Part shown: piece after piece, positions 39,764 to 47,760 of the stretch
Numbering within the stretch: the stretch's first letter is position 1
How the letters are laid out: each line of letters begins with the position of its first letter
NCBI GenBank assembly: GCA_018813505.1
Contig: JAHJBM010000011.1
Location: 1 to 55,620 of the forward strand
Direction: 5' to 3'
DNA length: 55,620 bases
From: Candidatus Micrarchaeota archaeon
GTDB lineage: Archaea; Micrarchaeota; Micrarchaeia; Anstonellales; Bilamarchaeaceae
Translations under genes and position numbers: made by a program
Notes under the pieces: generated by a model
The model's input: the letters and a program-made list of their open reading frames with translations, nothing else
Database searches by the model: none
What the model was told of the DNA's origin: nothing

Positions 39764-41032
39764 ATGTCAATTCTAATAAAAGATGCAACTATCATTACAC
39801 AAAATAATTCTCGTGATCAACTTCAGGCAGACATATTCATAGATGGCAATATAATTTCCAAAATCGGAAAAAATCTCAATGACAAATCAGATGAGACAAT
39901 TGATGCGGGTGGAAAGATTGCAATTCCCGGACTTGTCAACACTCATGCCCATGTTGCGATGACCTTATTTCGCAGTTATGCGGATGATCTACCACTTAAT
40001 CAATGGCTTGAACAGAAAATTTGGCCTGCAGAAGCAAAACAAACCAGCAAAGATGTTGAAATCTCATCAAAACTGGCATTTTGCGAGATGATACGTGGTG
40101 GTACAACTTCATTTGTTGAAATGTGCATACATGATACGAAACCAATATTCAAGGCTGCCAATGAAATCGGCATGCGTGGCATCATTGCCCAGGCTGCTCT
40201 TGATTTTGGTGATCATTCAAAGTCAAAAGATGTCATGAACAAGATAAAACCAACTGCTGATTATGCAGTTGGAAACATAAACGCCTCAATTGCTGCCCAT
40301 GCGCCTAACACCTGTTCAGAAGAACTTTTAATAAAGACAAAAGAACTGGCAGATCAGAAACACTTGCTTTATCAGATCCACGTAAGTGAAACGCGGCAGG
40401 AGGTTTTTGACATACTAAAAACCAAAGGTAAATACCCGGTCGAATATCTGGACTCAATAGGCATTGCTGATAAAAATTCTATTTTTATCCATTGTGGTTG
40501 GCTTACTAAGCACGAGATCTCTCTTCTTGGAAATAATTCAGTAACTGTTTCATCATGTCCTGTAAGTAATCTCAAGCTTGCCACTGGTGGAATCGCGCAG
40601 CTTACTGAATTGGACAAATCTGGTGCTTTGGTTACTTTAGGTACTGACAGTGCGGCTAGCAACAATTCTTTGAGTATGTTTGAATCAATGAAGTTTGCCG
40701 GGTTATTACAAAGGCACCATTATTGGAAGTCTGATGTTATTACAGCTCAGAAAATTTTTGATTTTGCTACTATCAATGGGGCAAAGGCACTTGGAATAAA
40801 TGGCGGTTCCATAGAAGCTGGAAAACTTGCAGATATTGTTCTTCTTGAACCTGGGTCGAATCTGCGTCCCAGAAATGACCTATTGGCACATCTGGTATAT
40901 TCCGGAGGCCCTCAAAATGTTTCTGATGTTATTATCGACGGTAAAATTGTCCTTAGGAATCGGAAAATGCAGACAATTGATGAAGAAAAGCTTTATTCTG
41001 AAGTTGAATCAATGGTATCACTTAAGGAGTAG
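39764..41032 (+). CDS. mtaD: amidohydrolase, 5'-methylthioadenosine/S-adenosylhomocysteine deaminase (MtaD/DadD-like)
   Basis: PGLVNTHAH, WLEQKIWPAE, IHVSET, SNLKLATG and LGTDSAASNN motifs. Confidence 0.85.
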   Translation: MSILIKDATIITQNNSRDQLQADIFIDGNIISKIGKNLNDKSDETIDAGGKIAIPGLVNTHAHVAMTLFRSYADDLPLNQWLEQKIWPAEAKQTSKDVEISSKLAFCEMIRGGTTSFVEMCIHDTKPIFKAANEIGMRGIIAQAALDFGDHSKSKDVMNKIKPTADYAVGNINASIAAHAPNTCSEELLIKTKELADQKHLLYQIHVSETRQEVFDILKTKGKYPVEYLDSIGIADKNSIFIHCGWLTKHEISLLGNNSVTVSSCPVSNLKLATGGIAQLTELDKSGALVTLGTDSAASNNSLSMFESMKFAGLLQRHHYWKSDVITAQKIFDFATINGAKALGINGGSIEAGKLADIVLLEPGSNLRPRNDLLAHLVYSGGPQNVSDVIIDGKIVLRNRKMQTIDEEKLYSEVESMVSLKE

Positions 41033-41047
41033 TGTTTGATTCCATCT

Positions 41048-42085
41048 TCAGTAAATGGTTGCAAATTCTGAACATATCATATCGTTAGCAAGTACCTCTT
41101 CCAATGCCCGTCTCATCTCACCTGCCGTTTGGAACCTATCTTTTGGGTCTAGTTGAGTCGCTTGTATGACTATATTTCTGACTTCTTTCGGGGTTTGTCC
41201 GCTACGGATAATATGATGCATACTCTTAGGTTCCGGGTTTCCGGTTGGTTGCTGTCTTCTGGTAAGTGCCTCGAACAAAACCACACCAAGCGAATAGATA
41301 TCTACTCTGTGATCACACCATGGCATATGCCTTATATTCTCCTTTAATGTTTCTGGTGCGTTGTACCAATGTGTTGTAGGTCCCACATTCCTAAAATCGA
41401 GCTCGCCTGGAGATAATATTATGCTCCTGTCAAAATCAAAAAGTACTGCACGTATATGATCTTCATTTATTGGTTGCAATAGCATAATATTTCTTGTTTT
41501 TACATCACGATGCACAATCCCTGATCTGTGGATGGCTGCAATTGCATCACATATCTGTGTAACTGCTTTAATTTTAGCGAGTTTTGATATCAATCTATTC
41601 TCTATAGTCGCGTGAAATGTCTCTCCTTCAAGGTACTGAAGAACTAAGAATTGGCGGGTTCTGTTAACCAACTCCCCGCGTTTATTTTCTATTTCTACTG
41701 TATATCCTCCTGAATCCATGAGGGGTATAATGTGCCGATGGGGTGATTGTCCAACTGTCGTAAGAGCATTGCGTTCAAGTTCCACATAATCAAAATCACA
41801 TATCCAAGGATTGCCTAATTTTAATACTACTGGGTTACCACTTTCATCTGCACCAAGAAAAATGTGGCACGCGTGGTCTTCATTAGCGATAATTTTAGCC
41901 AGTGGATAATATCTTATGCTGTTGTTGGAAGTTAAGTAGTCTGGGAAAGAATGATATACAAATGCACCTTCTTTTCTAGCCTCTTCTAGAAGCGGCATCA
42001 TTATTTCTGATATTGGTAGTTCCTTTCTTTTCAATATATGGAGCCACGGCATTAGTCGTTGTTTATACATACCACATATATTCAT
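41048..42085 (-). CDS. Hanks-type serine/threonine protein kinase
   Basis: VVLK, LERNAL (alphaC Glu), IVHRDVKTRNI, DFD, YNAPE, DIYSLG and DPKDRF motifs. Confidence 0.85.
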   Translation of the reverse strand: MNICGMYKQRLMPWLHILKRKELPISEIMMPLLEEARKEGAFVYHSFPDYLTSNNSIRYYPLAKIIANEDHACHIFLGADESGNPVVLKLGNPWICDFDYVELERNALTTVGQSPHRHIIPLMDSGGYTVEIENKRGELVNRTRQFLVLQYLEGETFHATIENRLISKLAKIKAVTQICDAIAAIHRSGIVHRDVKTRNIMLLQPINEDHIRAVLFDFDRSIILSPGELDFRNVGPTTHWYNAPETLKENIRHMPWCDHRVDIYSLGVVLFEALTRRQQPTGNPEPKSMHHIIRSGQTPKEVRNIVIQATQLDPKDRFQTAGEMRRALEEVLANDMICSEFATIY

Positions 42086-42125
42086 ATATCACTACAAATT
42101 AAAACATATCGTTTTATATCGTAAA

Positions 42126-42143
42126 GATAGAAAAGTTTATAAA
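42126..42143 (+). promoter_or_regulatory. BRE-TATA archaeal promoter upstream of tfb
   Basis: Purine-rich GATAGAAAAG immediately followed by TTTATAAA (42136-42143) in the divergent kinase/tfb intergenic region. Confidence 0.6.
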
Positions 42144-42206
42144 TCCCAACTATCATAAAATTATAGTAATTCTTAAAAACTTTACTATAATGCGGGAGAG
42201 ATTTTA

Positions 42207-43121
42207 ATGGGAGCTACAACTACAAAATGTCCAGAATGTGGAAGCAAACGAATTATTCGTGATTATGAAAAGGGCGAGTTGCTCTGTGGTAGCTGCGGTC
42301 TGGTAATCGCAGATAACATTCATGATATGGGTCCTGAATGGCGTGCATTTGATGCAGAACAAAAAGAAAAGAAAGCCCGTGGTGGTGCGCCAATCAAGTA
42401 TATGAGGCCGAACAAAGGACTTGTAACCGAGATCGATCAATATAATCGTGATATTCGTGGCGGTAAGATCAGTCCAAAAAAGCAGGCACAACTCTATAGG
42501 ATGAGGAAATGGCACAAGCGGGTTTCCATTGCAACTTCTATGGAGCGTAATCTAGTTATTGCACTTGCAGAGCTTGATCGTGTGGCATCTGCACTTGGTC
42601 TTCCGGAAAACATCAAGGAAAGTGCTGCGCTTCTTTATAGGAGGGCAGTAAAAGAAGAGCTTATTCGTGGAAGGCTTATTGAAAGCGTAGTTGCTGCGGT
42701 TATTTATGCTATTTGCAGATTACAGGGAATTCCAAGAACTCTTGATGAGATTGCAAGGTCATCTGGAATTGAGAAGAAGGAAATTGGCAGGGCATACAGA
42801 TTCTTGAAATGCGAACTCAAAATCGATGTTCCTCTTACTGATCCAGCACAATATGTGCCTAAATTCGCAACTGCACTTAAACTCGGTGTTGAAGTGCAGG
42901 ATGAGGCAGTAAAGCTTATCAAGAAAGCTTTGAGAAAAGGTTTGATTTCAGGAAGAGGTCCGACTGGTGTTGCTGCAGCTGCACTTTATATTGCGAGTGC
43001 GATGCATGGCGAAAAGAAAACACAGAAGGAAGTCGCTGATGTTGCCGGTGTGACTGAAGTCACTATCAGAAACAGATACCGGGAATTGAAAAAAGAGCTT
43101 GGGCTTAAGGTCAATCTCTAG
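42207..43121 (+). CDS. tfb: transcription initiation factor IIB
   Basis: CPECGS...CGSCG zinc ribbon, GPEWRAF B-reader and two cyclin repeats (GVTEVTIRNRY). Confidence 0.98.
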   Translation: MGATTTKCPECGSKRIIRDYEKGELLCGSCGLVIADNIHDMGPEWRAFDAEQKEKKARGGAPIKYMRPNKGLVTEIDQYNRDIRGGKISPKKQAQLYRMRKWHKRVSIATSMERNLVIALAELDRVASALGLPENIKESAALLYRRAVKEELIRGRLIESVVAAVIYAICRLQGIPRTLDEIARSSGIEKKEIGRAYRFLKCELKIDVPLTDPAQYVPKFATALKLGVEVQDEAVKLIKKALRKGLISGRGPTGVAAAALYIASAMHGEKKTQKEVADVAGVTEVTIRNRYRELKKELGLKVNL

Positions 43122-43142
43122 ATTTTTCTCTTTTATTTCTTA

Positions 43143-44699
43143 TCAATTTTTGAAATCATCTTCAGAAACACCCAAAGAAATCAATGCCCCTCTCGCTTCT
43201 TTGTGCCCAGTTTTATTTTTGACAATAGCACCCACTAATTCTCGCAGTGCGTGTTCACTCGTTTCATCATATATCTCAGGATCGCTTGCTACCAGGGCAA
43301 GTTGCGTTGCCCCTTCCTTTCTTGTCGATATTGACTTTTCATCATCACCACGGCTATTAAGCATTTTAACCACCGCTCTTATCCTCCTTTTATCAGTCAA
43401 CCCTTTTTCAGTTGCAACTATTTTAAGCCGTTCTATATCATTCGTAACAAGGCTCAAAGTATCAGTTTGATACGGTCTGGAAGCTCCTGTTAGCAGTGGT
43501 TCTCCATTCTGTTGCAATAATTCAAGAAGTCCTTCCCGATTTTGTCTTCTTAATCTCAAGCAGCTATTATTATCATCATATATATGCGGTCTTAATTCAT
43601 TGCATGTTCGTTTAATTTTTCCAACATGTGTCTTGATCCAAGCATGTATTTCGCTAAAATTATGAATATATAATATCGGTACTATTGTTGCTCCCCATCC
43701 TTTATTTTTCTTTATATTCAATACTCCTATCTGTACTCCAATTGGTGATTCTGGTTCATTTCCGTCTCCTAAATCTGTGTAATTAATAATGCCTATTGAA
43801 ATCCCCTTTATTGATGCAAATAAATTAAATGGCGCTACTGCAATTCCTTCCATAGTACCAGCAATATTCAAAAGTGCTGAAATTGAAAGACCTGCGAGTT
43901 TTTTAGATATGTTTCCGAGTATCCCAATTGCTATTCCAGTTATCCTATTTGCTACATAGTTTCCCAATCCACCTATAAAAACTCCCTTCCCGTGGCCATC
44001 ACTGATCCAGTTTCCGATGCCACCTATAAAAATTCCATTGCCATCTCCTTCAATTGCGTTTTCCCCACAGGTAATTGCAGCTCCATTTATCTTCCCTAAA
44101 GAATTCCAAATGCCAGAAACTGCAATGCCATTAAATTGATCTGTAGTTCTATTGGTTATTCCTGCAATTGAGATGGCATTTGTGGTCTCTGCAACATTTG
44201 TTATACCAGCTATCTGAATTCCTGCAGTTGAGTTATTAACATTGCAAACACCAGCTAACGAGAGACTGAATGCAGTACTTGCAACATTTGTTATACCTGA
44301 TATACTGATTCCATATGCAGATTCATTAACATTGCAAACACCAGCTAAAGAGAGGCCGCGTGTAGTATCTATCACATTTACGATACCTCCTATTGATACG
44401 CCTGCAGCTTCTTTGCACGAATTAGCAATTGCAGCAGTTGATACGCCTGTCACATCATATTTGTTGGAAATCATAGTTACTCCAAATCTTATTTTTGCTT
44501 CCTTCGGTGGAAAAAATCCGAATGAAACTGGGGGGATGTCCATTGCGGTAGTTACTATTGAGGTAGTCGGAGGTAATAACCAACACATAGTCTTCGTTTC
44601 TTTCAAATGTCTAAATAAACGCGTTTTGCGTGTTCCAAGTCGATTCTGTGCATCATCGGTTCTTTCTATAGCGGTTTGTTGTAATTTAGCTGATCTCAT
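43143..44699 (-). CDS. LA_2272-like Gly/Asn repeat (beta-solenoid) protein with helical C-terminal domain
   Basis: More than ten 15-aa G-x-x-I-A-G-I-x-N repeats ending in GVQIGVLN...VPIL. Confidence 0.7.
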   Translation of the reverse strand: MRSAKLQQTAIERTDDAQNRLGTRKTRLFRHLKETKTMCWLLPPTTSIVTTAMDIPPVSFGFFPPKEAKIRFGVTMISNKYDVTGVSTAAIANSCKEAAGVSIGGIVNVIDTTRGLSLAGVCNVNESAYGISISGITNVASTAFSLSLAGVCNVNNSTAGIQIAGITNVAETTNAISIAGITNRTTDQFNGIAVSGIWNSLGKINGAAITCGENAIEGDGNGIFIGGIGNWISDGHGKGVFIGGLGNYVANRITGIAIGILGNISKKLAGLSISALLNIAGTMEGIAVAPFNLFASIKGISIGIINYTDLGDGNEPESPIGVQIGVLNIKKNKGWGATIVPILYIHNFSEIHAWIKTHVGKIKRTCNELRPHIYDDNNSCLRLRRQNREGLLELLQQNGEPLLTGASRPYQTDTLSLVTNDIERLKIVATEKGLTDKRRIRAVVKMLNSRGDDEKSISTRKEGATQLALVASDPEIYDETSEHALRELVGAIVKNKTGHKEARGALISLGVSEDDFKN

Positions 44700-44899
44700 A
44701 TACCCACCAAATATAAAAATCATATTAGTGGTATTGATTTATAAAACGTGTTAATCTCTGTCTTAAAACGGTTTGTTAATTTTTATCTTTTTTTTCCAAT
44801 CTAAATTTTCACCACATCCTCATCGTGGGTGATTTTACTCGGTGCAATATTAGTAACTTGGTTAACTATTTATCAAATGTTTGGACTACTTATCATACC

Positions 44900-44968
44900 G
44901 TGATGAATGTTCGACAGACTGAGGACTAGTTGTAATGACCTGTTCTATGATGACAAAAACACATCTGA
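44900..44968 (+). ncRNA. candidate C/D-box guide sRNA
   Basis: GTGATGA (44900), 12 nt, CTGA (44919), 24-nt linker, ATGATGA (44947), 11 nt, CTGA (44965); all four boxes match consensus; intergenic. Confidence 0.45.
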
Positions 44969-45133
44969 CACTTACAAAAGAAAACCTCAGGAAGTTTCCT
45001 GAAGGTTTAACATCGGAATTGCTGGCTGAAAGCTTCATGATGACAAAAACACATCTGACACTTACAAAAGAAAACCTCAGGAAGTTTCCTGAAGGTTTAA
45101 CATCGGAATTGCTGGCTGAAAGCTTCATGATGA
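44947..45133. repeat. exact 90-bp tandem duplication
   Basis: 44947-45036 is identical to 45037-45126 and is followed by a third ATGATGA. Confidence 0.95.
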
Positions 45134-45270
45134 TAATTCTAATGGAGCATTTCCAATTTTCTCGAGTTTTTTCCAACTTTGTTTTCAGTACTCAAAATCT
45201 ACTTGAACTATCGTTCAAGTCTTCCGAGTTCTTCCTTACTTCATTAGTCAGTACTCAAGATCTTCATCAT

Positions 45271-45385
45271 TGAAGCTTTTAGGAAAAGCTTCACCAAAAC
45301 TAGTTTTTGATGACCAATTGAAGCGAGCTTCAATGGTGCGTTGAACTTTAAACAGTTCAATCGCAAACTTTTTCCCAAAAGTTTC
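45271..45385. repeat. palindromic multi-hairpin element (MITE/REP-like)
   Basis: Five consecutive inverted repeats; the first and last hairpins are imperfect inverted copies of each other. Confidence 0.65.
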
Positions 45386-45523
45386 TCAGAGGTATTGCAT
45401 TATCATCACAGTTATACCTAACATAAGTAAGTGCTTAAATATTTGCCTAGGGAAACCATTTTTGAAGTAAATTACATCACGCGCTTGCGAAAGCTTATTA
45501 TTCATTATCATCGTTCTATCATT

Positions 45524-45988
45524 ATGCCTCCCAAGCATAAGAATGCGAACAGCCAGTCAAAACTAAAAAAAGTGCGTGATTCAGCATCAGCTAGCGATCT
45601 AAGATATACACAAGGTCGTATGAAAACAAAAGGGAGTTGGTTTAGCATTATTTTCTGCTCATTTTTAGCAATCTTTTTCCTATGGATGCAAATGGGTATG
45701 ACATTTGGTCATTATTTATCGTGGTTATTCAGATCACCCAGTATCTTTTCATATATGGGCCTTGCTATCATAATTGCCCATGCAACGGCATTTCTAGCTA
45801 CTTTAATTGCAGGGTTTGTTTTCAATGTACTATCAAAAGCAGCTGGTTCATATAAAGAGAATTCAACCCTTCTAAAAATTGATATTTTCGTAGATCAGTT
45901 GCTTTGGTGGGTAATCCCATTCTTTCTGTTTACCTGGTTTCTTATACACATAATTTTTGTTGATTGTGTATCCCAAAGTTGTATATAA
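45524..45988 (+). CDS. hypothetical membrane protein (3 TM)
   Basis: Basic N-terminus followed by three hydrophobic helices; ATG 45524 preferred over GTG 45431. Confidence 0.65.
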   Translation: MPPKHKNANSQSKLKKVRDSASASDLRYTQGRMKTKGSWFSIIFCSFLAIFFLWMQMGMTFGHYLSWLFRSPSIFSYMGLAIIIAHATAFLATLIAGFVFNVLSKAAGSYKENSTLLKIDIFVDQLLWWVIPFFLFTWFLIHIIFVDCVSQSCI

Positions 45989-46084
45989 AATGAAAAAGAA
46001 CCAGAAATTCAAGATTGAAAACTGGCAACTCGAAACCCACAAGTTAACCAGTAAGATTTAATACATTAGTTCCCAATACTGATC

Positions 46085-46603
46085 ATGCGTAGGGGGATCG
46101 CATGTTTGTGTCTCGGACTGGTTTTGGGGTTTGCGTTTTGTTATCTTATTCTTAATTTTATCTCTACCCCATCAATTGAACCTGTTTTTTCTCCTGACAG
46201 TGGCAATAAGATAATCTCTTTGATAGATTCCGCACAATCCTCAATAGATATCGAAATGTATGTATTTACCTCGCGTGATGTGGTTGAAGCATTATGGCGT
46301 GCAAAGAGCAGAGGTGTCAAAACAAGAATAATAATAGAGCGCAATACCATGGGTGGTGAAAACAGTGCCATACACAATGAACTTGCTGCCAAGGGGTTCA
46401 ATATAAGATATGCAAGCACACAATACAAATTAACTCATGCAAAAATCATGATAATAGACGGCAAATTCGTGTTAGTTGGTTCGCACAATTTCAGCAATTC
46501 CGCACTCTATGAAAATCGTGAGGCATCTGTGATAATCTCAGATGACATAATAATCAGACAATTCTTAGACGTCTTTGAAACAGATTGGCAAATTGCAAAC
46601 TAA
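46085..46603 (+). CDS. phospholipase D-like (single HKD, Nuc-type) protein with N-terminal membrane anchor
   Basis: FSP, IDSAQSSIDIEMYVFT, HAKIMIID...GSHNFS and NRE motifs. Confidence 0.9.
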   Translation: MRRGIACLCLGLVLGFAFCYLILNFISTPSIEPVFSPDSGNKIISLIDSAQSSIDIEMYVFTSRDVVEALWRAKSRGVKTRIIIERNTMGGENSAIHNELAAKGFNIRYASTQYKLTHAKIMIIDGKFVLVGSHNFSNSALYENREASVIISDDIIIRQFLDVFETDWQIAN

Positions 46604-46624
46604 TCTCCAAAAAGCTTTAGGCAT

Positions 46625-47629
46625 TCAGTCCATTCGGAGCACATATTTTCCGTATAATTTTGCAAATATCTTGTATTTCCCACGTTCGATCTTCACAATA
46701 TATCCTTTTTCGAGAAGTCTTTTTGTGAGTGCGGTTATCTGGCCTATGGGTTTTTTGTTTATTACAGCTATCTCAGATACTCTCATGCCTTCCGGGTTCT
46801 TTGCAAGGATTTTCATTATTTTTCTTTCTGCATCTGGTGTCTTTTGATAAATTTCACCAAACCATTCTCTTGAAAACATGTTCATTATATGCGGCAGATA
46901 AGCGAGATAATGTCCTTTTGTCAATATCTTTTCATCATCCCTTATTTTATCATAAATATGTCTACACACACCTCTTATTATTCGTGGATTTCCATCACTG
47001 TCATTCAATATTACATTCACGAATTCTTCACCTGGTTTCAGGGATTTTTCACTAAGTGTTTTTGAAAGAAATTCCTTGAAATCATGTTCGTTAAATCCTC
47101 TGAGTCGCACGTTGTTTGCGTATTCTGGTACTGGTTTAAAATCAGCTGTGGCACCAATAACAAATCCTATTTTTTTATTCTTCAACTTGCCTGAACTCAC
47201 CAAAAGTTCTATCTTTTTGACAATTTCATCCGGATTCTTTGAAACATCTATATCATCTATAAAAATCACTGTTCCGAATTCTCCCAGATACCCTATCTTC
47301 TCTACAAATTCGTTGAAACTTCTTGCATCAAGTCTGATTTGATGCAGCATGCCAAATTCTTTGCCCATCCTTTCCAAAATCTTTTTATTGTCCTCTCCTT
47401 TTTGTATTTTCACATACAATGCAACTATCCTGTTCTTCTCTGCAAGATGGGCAAACATATGCATGAGCCTTGTTTTTCCTACTCCTGGAACTCCACTAAC
47501 CAGTATTATCCTTGGTTGCCCTGAAGATATATTATTTAGGAAGGCATCAAATATTCTAAGTTCCTCTTTTCTTCCATATGTCTTTTCAATATCATCGTCA
47601 GATACTATGAACGGATTTGGTCCTATCAT
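46625..47629 (-). CDS. archaeal AAA/STAND-type ATPase with C-terminal winged helix
   Basis: NPF...YGRKEEL, Walker A GVPGVGKT, IFIDD, SDGNPR and a C-terminal wHTH. Confidence 0.85.
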   Translation of the reverse strand: MIGPNPFIVSDDDIEKTYGRKEELRIFDAFLNNISSGQPRIILVSGVPGVGKTRLMHMFAHLAEKNRIVALYVKIQKGEDNKKILERMGKEFGMLHQIRLDARSFNEFVEKIGYLGEFGTVIFIDDIDVSKNPDEIVKKIELLVSSGKLKNKKIGFVIGATADFKPVPEYANNVRLRGFNEHDFKEFLSKTLSEKSLKPGEEFVNVILNDSDGNPRIIRGVCRHIYDKIRDDEKILTKGHYLAYLPHIMNMFSREWFGEIYQKTPDAERKIMKILAKNPEGMRVSEIAVINKKPIGQITALTKRLLEKGYIVKIERGKYKIFAKLYGKYVLRMD

Positions 47630-47729
47630 GCTAAAACCTCCTCGAGATAGTCTTTATGTGTATGCTCAAATATAAAAACTACTTCTCTTGTAGTTTTTGT
47701 AGTTTTCATTTATCTATTGACCATAAACA

Positions 47730-47737
47730 TTTATAAA
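47730..47737 (+). promoter_or_regulatory. TATA box of the 1595-aa gene (probably leaderless transcript)
   Basis: TTTATAAA ends 23 bp upstream of ATG 47761; no RBS. Confidence 0.55.
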
Positions 47738-47760
47738 GAAAACAACGCCCGTATATACTT

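Noticed and set aside
44947..45133. CRISPR array or DGR template/variable repeat
   Set aside because: There are only two exact 90-bp units with no spacers and no A-specific mismatches, and no cas or reverse transcriptase gene is in the window
44886..45273. ORFs 44935-45273 (+) and 44886-45176 (-) as real proteins
   Set aside because: Their length comes from the in-frame 90-bp duplication and no family is recognisable; the region is better explained as structured non-coding DNA
46085..47629. PLD nuclease plus ATPase as an anti-phage defence system
   Set aside because: The genes are convergent rather than operonic, and the PLD has an export/membrane anchor unlike cytoplasmic defence nucleases
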